Shown one piece after another: positions 12,190-24,978 of a DNA stretch of 64,000 nucleotides. Every line of letters starts with the position of its first letter. The first letter of the stretch is position 1. The stretch spans positions 7,192,001 to 7,256,000 of the forward strand of contig OZ176055.1 of assembly GCA_964247055.1 (NCBI GenBank), given 5' to 3'. The notes beneath the pieces are model-generated. The model ran no database searches, was not told where the DNA came from, and worked only from the letters and a program-made list of their open reading frames with translations. Both the position numbers and the translations under genes were made by a program. This DNA comes from Paragordius varius (lineage: Eukaryota; Animalia; Nematomorpha).

Positions 12190-12579
12190 GGCCGAAAAAT
12201 AGATTCAAAAAATTATTTTTGTGGACTTTGTATTTTGAAAAAAATCATATTTTACGGGGGGGGGGGGGGGGGGGGGGGGTAAAAATAGGGCCTAAATTAA
12301 AAAGGCGAGCCGACTTAGTTTGGCTCAATCGAAAATAAGTAAAAAAAGTCATATTTGAAATCAAATGGTCCAACCTGTTTTCCGAAAAATTGTCTCAAAG
12401 ACACGATTTTTTGCACGGGGTGGACCCGAACTGGGGGCCTAATTTAAAAAAAGGGCTAAGCTATTGTTGGGGCATTTATTAATAATATATTTTTTCGACA
12501 TTTGGATTTGAATAATTTACTGGTTTTCCGAACAGATCACAAAGCCAGCATTCCATTATTTTAAATAGATAAATATAGA
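12190..12579 (-). mobile_element. Helitron-like family copy, reverse orientation, with 24-nt poly-G tract
   Basis: Reverse complement aligns with 11410-11830; G run at 12256-12279. Confidence 0.75.
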
Positions 12580-13372
12580 TTATATTTAGCACTTTATAAG
12601 TATGTGTTTAAAAAGTGGAATAAAGTTTTAAATATATCCTCCAACTAAGTTTCTAAAAAGAGTTAAATAAAAAACTTGTAAATTATGGAATGACTTCAAC
12701 TCATATTTCTTAAAATCATCGTTTTAAAATAATGAAACGAATATACCTTAAAAGTTCAGATAATTATAATTTTGATTTGTCTAAATTGTAGTTTGGATAA
12801 ATAGTATCTATATTTTAAAAATTACACGTGCACATCCAAAAAATATCTTGACTATAATTTTATGAAAGAAAAATGTATCAAGAAAAATATGGTTTTGGTT
12901 TTCATGGGTACGAGTGATGTAAGCAAGTAATTTGCACAGTGATAATTGCTCGATATCGTAAAATCCCAAAATTAGCCCACATTATGCTAAAATTTTTTTT
13001 TGGTAAAAACAAAATGCTTTATTTCAAAATATTTAAATATATTATATACTATAAAAAAGGCGTAATTTATAGTATGGATGGCGCTCTCAAATTATGTGAG
13101 TGTGTGTTGGAGTGCCGGAGTTCGACCTCAGTGGGATATTTTTCTATCATTACTGTTAGCCATGGCGATAAAGGTTCCACAATTCCTGGTACATTTTAAA
13201 TACAATATATTAATAAAAAAAGAAAAAGAGGCTTTAAACAGTATATTTTTACTATATAACAGTAAAACAATATAATAATAAAATATTTTTAAATGTGAAC
13301 CACACAAGTCACAAATTTTCGCTCCTCTCGGGCTAGTTTTTTTAAAACATAAAAATCCCGAACAATATTTAA

Positions 13373-13935
13373 CAATTGGATACAACACATTCCTTTCAAT
13401 CCTTCGATTCAAGTTGGGGTAGTTAGATACCCCAGGCTTGTTCAAAATTGAATATTTCAGAAAAAATGATAATTAATTGAAACCATGGCAAAGGTTGACA
13501 CCTATATAACACTAATAAACTGAAATATAAAAAAATTATCTTTCAAAATTATTTGATATTACTTATTCAGAGGTAAGACCCAAAGCTGAAAATTTAGCCA
13601 TTATGACATATGTTTATGAACTGAAAATAAAAATCCAAATACCACTTTTTCTGTTTATACTATTTAAATGTGATTTTAATAAAAAAGTAATCATAGTTTT
13701 AGCCTTAGAATCAAATAAAAACGATATTGTGCAAAAATGTTGTAAAATAAAAATGGCGTCCAAGTAGTTTGATACGGAACTTTTTTTCCAAAACTAAATT
13801 TTATTTAGATATTTTGGTTTATATATAAAATATTTATAGGTTAGAAGCAAAAATTTAAATTGGAACCGTTTCTTTCAGTTTGTATATGAATTTTAATATT
13901 GTCTGGGGAATTTGATACCCCAGTTTGAATCGTAA
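13373..13935 (+). mobile_element. piggyBac-type MITE copy
   Basis: ttaa|caattggatacaacac start; aligns end to end with the family. Confidence 0.75.
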
Positions 13936-14378
13936 TATATGCTAGATTATGGCATGCAAAAAAATATTTTAAAAATGCACACTTTGTTTAAAAATTTAAT
14001 TTAAAAAAAAAATTGAAGCGTTTATGCTACATTGATGGATGGAAACGGCATGAAAACGCTTTATGATAATATAAAAACTTTTTCTATATAATTTGAGGAT
14101 ACTGAACATTATATTACCTCATAATTATTATTTAAAGGTTAATGCCTTAAAATTTGGGTGAATTTTTATAAAATAAATTTGAAGATCAAATAATTTTTCA
14201 ATCGAACTTCTAAAAAAAATAATCAGCGTCCTCAAATTAAAAAAATTTCTTATAAAAGCGTTTATATATCGTTTCCATTATTATGAACGCTTTAAAAAAA
14301 TTTTGCTACATATTATTTAACAAAGTATGTATTTTTTTAAAAATATTTTTTCGGTCATATTAATCTATTATATATTAA

Positions 14379-14953
14379 CACTTCGATTTAAATTGGGGTA
14401 TCTAAATACCCCACGCTAAATTTGAGATAGGATTTTTAAAAACTACTGAATGAAACGGTCCCAATGTAATCTTATGCTTACATTCTAATAAAAATTATAC
14501 AAATGTGCCAAAATATCCAAAGAATATTGTGTTTTGAACAAAAAATCCATGTCAAACTACTTCGACGCCATTTTTATTTTACAAAGTTTTTGCAAAATAT
14601 CTCTTCATTTAATTTTAAGGGTAAAATTAAAGCTAATTTTTATTTAAATTACTTAAAACATTGATAGAAATAGAAAAAGCAGTTTATTTTTATTATTTTT
14701 CAATTTTACCATTGCACACATGTCACGTTGACTAAATTTTTACCTTTGGGTTTTAGCTTAAAATAAATAATATCAAGTATTTTTGAATACAATTTTTTTA
14801 TATACATCGGTTTATTAATGTTATATAAGTGCAAAATTTTGCCATGGTTTTGATTCCTTATATATTTTTTAAGAACTTTTTTTAAACAGGCCTGGGTATT
14901 TAACTACCCCCGTTTAAATCGAAGGACTATAATGAATGTGGTGTATTGAAGTG
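14379..14953 (-). mobile_element. piggyBac-type MITE, intact termini, 575 bp
   Basis: TTAA|CACTTC...GAAGTG|TTAA: TTAA at 14375-14378 and 14954-14957; subterminal inverted repeats ttcgattYaaattggggta. TTAA duplication is diagnostic of piggyBac. Confidence 0.85.
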
Positions 14954-15978
14954 TTAAAATAAAAAATGGCCATTTTTGAGTTTATTTTAAAAAAAGTGCG
15001 GTTTAACTAAAACTTTAAACTTTATGAAAATATTTTTTATTTATATAATTTATGATAATAGCGATGTATTTGGTAATAAAGCCATAAGCTTCTACCAAAA
15101 AAAATTATTTCGCATAATGCAATTTTATGAACGGCGCGATTTGAACAAGATGAAATTTAATTCGTAAGGCCGAAGCCAAAAGCAATATGAGAATTCTAAT
15201 TTATCTATTCTATATATTATATGAGCAGATTATTTTTTTTCAGATTTTATGCGCAGTGTTTATGAAAATTATGTTGAACACGATTGGGGATAACACAGCG
15301 TCATTCTCATGATATAATATTCTGATAGGAAAATATATTACTATTATTATCTTGGTTCATTTGGTTGACCCTTACGAGATGAAAGAAAGTTTATTACAGT
15401 TTTGTGGTATGCTACATATCAGAAATTGGCTGAATTTCCGAACATTCTTAATAAAAATATTTTGGTGACTAAATGCTTTATTCCAAAATATATTACAAAA
15501 ATATAACATAAACTACTTCTTAAAAGCAGATCAATAATTTCAATTTTTAAATGTAAGCTCCTAATCCCAATTATTTCCGCTTAATTGGGCTATTTCTTTC
15601 AGCCAAAACCTAAAAACTTAAATATTGGGGGATAAAACTTTAAATATATGCTAAATTTTGACACCAAATAGGTTTATATGGGAAAAATAAATATTTTGCT
15701 AATTTAATTTATAGCAAAATTTTGTTGAAGTTTCTGGTCATTTCGAAGAATGTGGAATAAGTAAAAAAACGCTTAAAGATATTACAAAAACACATTTTCT
15801 CAATGATGCTTAACATTTCTCTCACTTCAGAATTTCAATTAAAAGGTTGGTTTGCTTATAAAATTTCGGTGATTTTAAAAAAATTTTAACATAAAATATT
15901 ATGCTAGAAAAATATGTTAATTACGATGATGTGATATAAATGTTTAACTCGATAAAATTATATGGAAAAGATATATAA

Positions 15979-18315
15979 TCTATATAATGAAAATGGAAAG
16001 TGGTGGCTTTGTGATCTGTTTCCGGAAAACCGGTAGACTCCTTCAAATCCAAATGTCGAAAAAATATAATCAATAATGAATGCCCCCACAATATCGCCCT
16101 TTTTTGTAGGCCCCTAGTTCGGGTCCACCCCGTGTAAAAAACGGTTTTTTTGAAAACAGAAGTCCACAAAAATCGTGTCGTTGAGACAATTTTCCGGGAT
16201 ATGTGTTGAACCATTCGATTTCAAATATGATTTTCTTCTACTTTTTTTTCGATTACGCCGAACATAGTCGGCTGGCTTTTTTAATTTAGGCGCTCTTTTT
16301 ACCTGCTCCCCCCACCCCCCCCCCCCCCCCGACATTTTTTTAAAAAAATACAAAAATAATTTTCTGAATCTATTTTTTGCCCAAGGTATGAAACCGTAAA
16401 AATTTAATGAGAATTCCAGGTATTCCGTTATAAGGCAAAAATTTTAATCATGCGTTTTTTTATATTGGCTGCTGGGTAAGGAGATACCCGCTAAAACTGC
16501 CCCGTCATATAATAGCGTGCCTTTGGGGACAAATTTTAGAAAACCTATCAGGTCATATGAGTTTAATAGCTGCTTAAAATATTACCCTTAACACAAGAAT
16601 TCAAATAGTGTAGTTTTAAAAATTATCCGTCAATTAGGCCCTTCGAGCCCTGAAAAATGCGCCACCATAGAATGATTTTTTAGTTTGAAGGCAATTTTTT
16701 AAAAACTACTGAGAGCATATGGAATCAATTATGTTTCCAGGTATTGTCCGTAAAAAGGCAAAAAATTAAATCAAGCGCTTTTTTTGCATCAGCCTCTGGG
16801 TAGGGAGCTACCCGCCTAAAACTGTGCTACCATATCGAAATTGCATTGTTTAGGAGATAATTTTCAGAAAACCTATCAGACCATAAGCCAATATTACCCA
16901 TGAAAAGGCAAATCTTTAAGTTGGGTGGTTTTTTAATTCCGTTAATTAGACCGTTTACGTTCTAAAAAATGCCCTATTATTGAACTATTATGTTTTGTAG
17001 CCATCCTACCTACTATTAAGAACATAAGGAATTAATGATGATTCAAAGTATTTTCCGTAAAAAGGTAAAAATTTTAATCAAGCGATTTTTTGTCAGCCTC
17101 TGGGTAGTGAGTTACCCTAAAACTACGCCACCATATCGAAATTGCGCTGGTGAGGAGTTAAATTTCAGAAAACTTATCAGGCCGTATAAGTTTAATAAAG
17201 GCCTGATTTTACCCGTTAAAATGCAAAAAAGTCGGGTTTTTTTTAAATTAATTGTTAAATAGGCCTTTGCACTGGAAATGGACCATAGAATGACTTTTGG
17301 TTTTGAGGCAATTTTTCGAAAATACTACGAGAGCATATAGAATCAATCACAATTCCAGGTATTACCCGAATGGCAAAAATTTAATCAAGCGTTTTTTTGT
17401 TCCCCCCGCGTAAAACTGCGCCCTATCGATACAGTATGCTTTTGGAGCTAAATTTTGGAAAATTTAGGAACTGATAAGAACATATGAAATCCACGATAAT
17501 TCTTATTTCCCATATAAAGGCAAAAATTTTGCCCAACGCTTTTTTTTTATACCTGCCCCTGGGTAAGGAGCTACCCGCCAAAAACTGTGTTAGTATATAG
17601 AAATTCTTGGAGCTAATTTACAGAAAATTTAGGAAGCCATATTAGCTCATTAAAAGCTTGAAATGTTACATGTAACCAGGTAAAAATAAGGTCAGACGTT
17701 TTTTTATTAGTCATTAATTTGGGGCCTTTATGTCCTCAAAATACGCCAACATATAACGTAGTGTTGAGGTATTGTTTTGAATAACCCAAATAACCCCTGA
17801 GTCGATGGTATCAAAGATGATTCCAAATATTTGCCCTATAAAGCTAAAGAATTTAACTCAGTTTTTCCACATAGGTCTATAGGTAGGGGTCTAACTGTTT
17901 AAAACTGAGACGCCATACAAAAATGGCATGGTTTTGGAGCTAAATTTCTCACACTTTAAGAAGCCATACGACAGTTAAACACATTTCTGGGGAATTTGTA
18001 TAATATCAATCTTTCCTTTAAAAAGGGACCCAAATGATTTACTTATTAAATCCCTTAAACCCAGGTGTATGAACACAATTTCAAAATTAAACTTTTAACC
18101 CTGATGTAAAACTAAAATCTTAAAATAAATTCAATTGAATATTAACTTTAATAAGGGACAGTTTAAATATGGTAAATTTCGAGTAAACAATTTTCAGGCC
18201 TATGCGAAAACCCGTAAAAGAATAATTAAAGACACTCTTTTTATTAATTATGTTTTCTATTATTTTTTTATCTCATTCTCTATTTATTGCAATTTATTAA
18301 GAATAATTATAAAGG
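15979..18315 (+). mobile_element. Long Helitron-like element carrying an internal tandem array; 3' end not identified
   Basis: Same TCTATA..AAAATGGAAAG 5' end; the family body runs directly into the roughly 310-bp repeats, a junction also seen at 11820-11880 and (reverse) 55630-55760. Confidence 0.6.
16432..18030 (+). repeat. Diverged tandem array, unit about 305-325 bp, about 6 units (one shortened)
   Basis: Unit marker aaggcaaaaattttaatcaagcg near 16432, 16755, 17061, 17370, 17517, 17840; also ctgggtaaggagctacccgc and cagaaaacctatcagg. Confidence 0.85.
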
Positions 18316-18977
18316 CGTTTATACCGTCTCTATCATTCATCGATATTGTATGAATTACGCTTAAACAAAATTTTTTTATTTAAATTTTATATAAAAAAAT
18401 GCATTTATTTTTAAAAAATATTTATAATTGAGATCAATGGCATATATATAAGTTTTTGCGCATTTGCGGCATTTAAGCGCTTATTTTAACAAAACATACC
18501 CAATTCACAAGAGCGATAAATATTGGGACTTTCGGCCCTCACATCTAATTATATTTTTCTTATAATATTAGTTTGCTTTTACTATGCACTATATGATATA
18601 ATTTAGTGATATTTTTTGGATCAAGCTAGCTTTCACAAAAAAAATTTATTTAAAAAAATGTACTCAAATCTTGCGGAGCTTACCATAAAGTGTAAATAAC
18701 TTTAAATCATCCTTAAAATTTAAGACCAAAGGCATCATAATATTAATACAATTTAATTTATTAGCATCAAAAATTTTACCCATTATTATAACTAATGCAA
18801 TACTTATCCACATTTTTTACGTTTATTTTTTATTATAAAATCATATGCCAAACAATTTTATTGTTATATGATGTTGCTTTGTGGTTTTAAATCTCATCTT
18901 TATCAAGCAAAATGTAATTTATTGTAAAAATATCCAAAATTCAAACGTTTTGGATATTTACTTTTTTTTCCATTTAA

Positions 18978-21900
18978 ATGGCCAAAATAGAAGATAAAAA
19001 TTATGAAGCCAAACTGAATCATTTAACTTACCTATGTGATTCAAACGTTGATAGTGTATCCAACCTTCATACTTATGAAAAATCAAAGTTAGATTTAAAG
19101 GTATCTCTCAAGAGACGCTTAACCCTTTTAAACAGTATTAGTCTTATCGCAGGATCTATTATTGGTTCTGGAATTTTTGTATCTCCAAAATCCGTTTTAC
19201 AGCACAGTGGAACACCGGCATTTGCATTACTTATTTGGTTTTTATGCGGTATTTTTAGTTTCTTTGGTGCAATGTGTTATGTTGAACTTGGACTCACTAT
19301 ACCAAAGAGTGGGAGTCAATATATTTACGTGATGGAAGCTTTTGGAGCTCTTCCATCTTTCCTTATTTTGTGGATAGATTTGATTCTCAAAGAACCAATC
19401 GCTAAATCTGTCACCTCAATGGCTGTCGCCAAATATTTAATTGAATCCTACTTTGATAACACCGACATGATCAATAATGCCCATAAACCATACTGCGAAA
19501 TGCTCATTGCGATATGCACACTCAGTAAAACTATTCTTTCATAAATTATATAAAATCCTTTATTGATATGCGTTATATTTTATATTTTTTCCTACCACAA
19601 ACAATAATATATATTTTGTATACCCTATTAAAATTGTTTCCGTTTTATGCACATAATGTTTCCAAAATGATTATTATTAATATTGAACATTAGTAATGGG
19701 ATTGATTGATTAATTGTTAAATTATATCACTAAGTGAATTTTTTTGGCCAAAAAAGCAATTTAAAAACAAAAGCGCACTTTTTCCTTTCATCCTCTATAT
19801 ATTATTATATTGTATATGTGTTATATCTTTTAGGTCTTCTAACGTACATAAATGCCATGAGCGTTAAGTGTGGACTTAGGATTCAAGATTCTTTCTTTTA
19901 CACCAAACTAATTGCTCTCACAATGATTATTTTCATTGGTCTTTTGCATCTTAGCAATGGTAAGTAAGTGGTGTTTATAAATTTTTTTCTATATCTTTCA
20001 ATAATACATCTTTCTTATTACTGAATTTTTTGGGCACATACAGGTAATCGCGAAACACTTAAACAGGGTCTTTATTTAAAACCAGAATCCGCGGTCAATA
20101 TTAGTCTGGCTTTTTATGCGGGACTTTTTGCCTACGCTGGATGGTAAAAAATAATACATTTATTGTTCACAAAATTTTACGACTTGTTAAAAAATTTGAT
20201 ATAAATCTATATTTGCACACCATAATATTATTTTTTTTTTATTAACCAGGGAAGCACTTAATGTTTCATGTGAGGAAGTCAAGAATCTCAAAAAGTAATT
20301 TATTAAAACCATTTTGTGTTAAATAAATTTACTATAATTTTTTTTACAAAAAATCATTTGCTTTATTAGAAACCTTCCTGCTGCAATGTACATTTCGCTT
20401 GGTATTGTAACAGTAGTCTATACTTTAACCAATATCTCATATTTTGCCGTTTTATCCGGCACCACAATCATGAGCTCCAACATTGTTGCAGTTGTAAGTT
20501 TTATATATTATTTGAAGGGGAAGATTGATTGCTAAAAATATATATTTTAGTCAAAACGTAAACACTTGAAGACAAATATTTTTTAAAACCGTATTTATTA
20601 TCCCTAAAACCGATTGTTTTGGGCTGTAACACCAGGAATAAAGATATAAATTGGTAATAAAATATAACATAAAGGTTATGGAAGAATATATAAGGACTTA
20701 AGAAAGTTTGTTGGTTGTGTTCATAAAACACAAACATTTAGCTTTTACTTTTTAAGTTCTTTCTCTTCATATAATATTAATTACAATACTTTATTTAGTA
20801 ATTATAGATTATTGTACTTGATTCACAATATTCATCTATTAGACTTGCGGTCTTTACTACTTAATTAATTAATATTGCTTAAAATTGTAATAATATTAAA
20901 CATTTTTAATAAAATTTATGCCAAAAATGAAAACTAAAACTCATTTTATGTTTACTTTTTGCGCAGACATTTATAAAGCACACTCTACCAGCTCTGCGTT
21001 ACATTATGCCTATTTTGGTGACAACTTCCATCATAGGAAGTTTGAATTCCACCATTTTCCATTCGGGCAGAATGTACTTTTCTGCGGCGCGGGAAGGTCA
21101 TTTACCTCCCTTGTTTGGAATGTTGAGTATCACGAGCATGACACCTATCCCAGCCTTATTGTTAGATGTAAGTTTTGTTTTTTACTTTTCTTTTGTAAAA
21201 TTTTGAAGAGTAGTTTTTAAATTATATTAGTTTGATTTTAACCCGTTTAAATGGATTTTTTTATAAATGAAACACCAACCTTAACCTTAATATATTGCGC
21301 TTTATTGCTGCCATTAAGTCAACGGGCCGCACGCGGCCCGTTGACTTTATGTGCGGCTCGCGAAAAATTTGGATATCCATATTTCGCAAAAATATGCTTA
21401 AAAAAGCTTATTAAAATCATTATTTCTTAATAACTTTTCCAAATATATCTATCCAATTTGCCGGAATTAGGAAATATTGCTATATTGCGTTTGCATTTTA
21501 CAGTCTTATGTTTGTAATCTAATAAATTATTTGTAAATGGCCATATATATTTCGAATGCTGCCCGCCAGATTTTTTGAGTCGAAATGAGGTCCGCGCAAC
21601 CATTTGTGTTGGACACCACTGCTCTAATTAAAAACCCAAATAGTATCAACGAAATTGAGGGAAATACGCATTATATTTTATGAAATTTATTAAAAAATTA
21701 AGTTGAAATGCGTATATTATAAAAATATACGCATTTCAGCTTAATTTTTTAATAAGTATCAACGAAATTTTTTATTACATTTTGTGATAAGTGTCAAATA
21801 GTTTATTTTTTATTATTATTAACAGAATATTTTACCGTAAGTGTAGTACAAATAAGAAAACAATAAGTACAAAAATTTTGTTAAAATTATGGGAAATAAG

Positions 21901-23645
21901 AAGGCATACACGAAGGTTGCATGCTATATTTGAAGGGACTTCTAAAAAGTATTCAAATTTTTGCAAATCAATATTTATAATATTATACCATAATTCTTTT
22001 ATTTTTTGGTTGAAAGAACCGAAAAATTAGATAACATGACCCATAAAAAATTTGCCTATTTTATTTCCTGATTATACCCCCAAATACATTGTGTATAGTT
22101 TAAAATTAAAATTTAGCCCTAGATCATAAAAATAACAGGTGTAAGTAAAACTTGAAATTAATTTAAAACTCAAAAGCCACAATATTAACATTTCCCATTT
22201 TTATGGTTATGCTATAGTGCGTAACAAGCATAATTGTATTGATTTTCATGGGCAATAACTTGAATCTCATGTTGGAGTTTTACGGATTTCTTCGAAGTGC
22301 GGCTTTAGCCTCGGGTGTTTTAGCTCTACTTTGGCTCCGATATAAACGGCCCATGCTTATGAGACCTAAAAAGGTACATTTTTCCAGTTTTTTCGTTCAT
22401 TAAAGGGTTTTGTATATATATTTATCTAAAAATGATTAAGATTTTCATTTGAATATTTAGTTATTATTTTAGTTAATTTTTTTGTTTTTGTCAAATATCC
22501 AAGCAGTATTACTTTGTTATTCCGTATGGTACTGAAAATATAAATCATCAAATATTTAAATTAAAAGTTATTTTATAAAGCGACGCAACTTTTAGCGTAA
22601 AGTATTGACAATTTTTATAAAGTTGGAGTCAACCATGATATTATTCTTTAGTATTTACAATATTGATGCGATTACACAATTAAGAAAATTAAAAAATAGA
22701 ATTTCAGTTAATTCTATTTAATTATCCTTTATCGTTATAATACGGATTTTAACAACTGTTATTACAAAACATAACCAATCCGTTATTTACCATTAGAATT
22801 TCATATAAAATTAGACGTTTTTTTTACTTTTTAAGTTGCGGTTTTATCCGAAAAAAAGTCCTATACTTTCTACGAAATAATTTATGGTTTATGTTATTAG
22901 TTTCCTATAATATTCCCGCTCATATTCTTGGCCATGTCGATTTTCATGACTTTTGTCCCACTTTACAAACACTACTTTATGGGCATTTACACTCTCATCC
23001 TTTTGTTGGTTGGAATCTTAGTCTATTATCTATTCATTGTGCAAAGAACTCCTTCGCCCAAACCCTATAAAAGCAACAACGCAGAATTTGCTCAACGGGT
23101 AAAAGATGCCACCTCTCAGGCTGCGCCATCAGTTGATTTATCTACAGACGCTAAAATGACCAATGGCATCTTTCCCATAAAAAACGGCTTGTTACAAAAT
23201 GTGTTTGGTGGTCGCTTTTCGCATGCATTCACTCAATCATGCTCATCGTCCTCATCATCTGGATCACAACGCCGACGACGATCAGCTGGTTACTCCTCCA
23301 CAGGTGAGGAGAGTGAGTCAGCTGTTTTAAATCCAAACACCGTCCTAGGCCGTTGTATGATTAATGTTACTTCAGTGTCACAGAAAATTTTGAAGGTAGG
23401 GGGCAATTTAAGACTAATTATATCGAAATTTTAAAAATTATGCATATTTTTTAATACTATTGATTATTTTTATTTGTTTTTTATCTGTATTTATTTTTTT
23501 GAAATTATATAATGCAAAGAAATTGATTAATTTTGCAAACATCAGTAAATGAATAATAAATTTAACAATTTTTTTTTATGAAAAGGTGATACCCTGTGAA
23601 ATCGAACCCGATTATGAGAAACTTTTGTTGGAAATGAGTCGATAG
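18978..23645 (+). CDS. SLC7 L-type/y+L-type amino acid transporter light chain (APC superfamily), 9 exons
   Basis: LKRRLTLLNSISLIAGSIIGSGIFVSPKSVL, CYVELGLTIPKSGSQY, LFAYAGW/EALN..EEVKN, GSLNSTIFHSGRMYFSAAREGHLP, SQKILKVIP. Exons start near 18978, 19834, 20044, 20251, 20370, 20967, 22218, 22901, 23586 with GT-AG junctions. Paralogue (SLC7A5-8) not assignable. Confidence 0.92.
21305..21621. mobile_element. hAT (Charlie-like) MITE
   Basis: gggccgcacgcggccc terminus and gtccgcgcaaccatttgtgttggacaccactg end; related copies at 25523-25780 and 50326-50607. Confidence 0.65.
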
Positions 23646-24844
23646 AATCCCAAAACGCTTGGAAACAAATATATTTATATATTATAAAATTTAATGATTT
23701 TTAGATGTATGTTTTAACATTATGTTGAAAAACCTATTAACATATAGTATTATGAGTTTACTTTTCAAAATATAATATCATATTTACCACAGATTTAATG
23801 GATTGATTGATGTTGAAATGCATACTAATGCACAATTTACTAATTTATAACTGTATATTATATCCCATTTGTATAAAGTTTTGAAGTACAACAAATTAAA
23901 AATATGCAACAAATTTTATTTTACAAATATTATTTTTTTACCAAACCACCCCCTTTTATAGTAGAATGTAGATTAGGTTACAAATTTTTATACTTCATAT
24001 ATGCACATATTATATGGAATCATTTATTTTTTTATTCTTAAAACGTAATTGTCCAAAATCGAAACGTTAAATATGCATATATTTTTTATTTAACTAACAT
24101 TTGGAATTCGTATATTTTATATAATTATCTTCAATTAAATTTTATATTGTGTTCTCGAAAATATCTTTTTTATATCATACATTTGAGATTTACAGAATAA
24201 ATTTTATAAAACATGTAATATATCTGGTTATTCTTGTTACTTTAAAGTTTAAACGATAATAACATTTTGTGAATTTTCTTTAATATGCCAAAATTGAGAG
24301 TTAATTATATACATACATAAAATCAAAACCTACCTGATTATAATTTTGGCCCCCTTTTTTAACCAACAGTTTCTCTTCTGCTAAAAAGCCAAGTTATATT
24401 TAACTTAAAAAGTCAATTTTTAACCACGAACTGGCAGCACGGTTATGTATATATATGCATAACTTGAATATTAATTTACTAAATGATATCGATTAAAAAA
24501 ATAAGTTTTACCGAAATTATGATATAAAATTGAATTTAAAAAGTTTGGTGTTTATAAAACTAAACTCCGTAGAATATCTCATGTCTCTCAGACGCAAGCT
24601 ACGATCGTACCATAAATTTCACCGTTTTTCATCTTACTTTAAAAACCACTTTTCATCTTACTTTAAAAACCACTTGATCAAATATATTGCTTTGACCTCA
24701 TGCTTAAAACCGACACTGCAAACAAATATATAATTTATAGTTTAGTGTCCTTTGTATTACTCTTTTTTGTAAATGCTTAAGTTAAAATATAAATACATCC
24801 AAAAATTATCCCATTTTATACCAAATTATCACATAGGTTTAGCT

Positions 24845-24978
24845 GAGCAATACTCAAACCGCGGCCCTAAAAATTTTTTTTATGGCCCTAAAGTTCGTAT
24901 TAATATCTTTAAATGTGTCAAAAGCATTAAAATTATAACGGTATTTGGCCCTTTAAACATTATTGTTGATTACCATTG
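24845..24978 (+). mobile_element. 134-bp hAT MITE related to the element at 56159
   Basis: Start gagcaatactcaaaccgcggccc vs cagtaatactcaaaccgtggccc; flanked by gtttagct / gtttagat (7 of 8 match, 8-bp TSD-like). Confidence 0.65.

Noticed and set aside
13128-13445. ORFs containing PGVSNYPNLNRR (also 53646-53882 and 54279-54503)
   Set aside because: Antisense translation of the piggyBac-type MITE; no transposase motifs.
24628-24675. 24-bp tandem duplication ttttcatcttactttaaaaaccac
   Set aside because: Ordinary slippage duplication in intergenic DNA.
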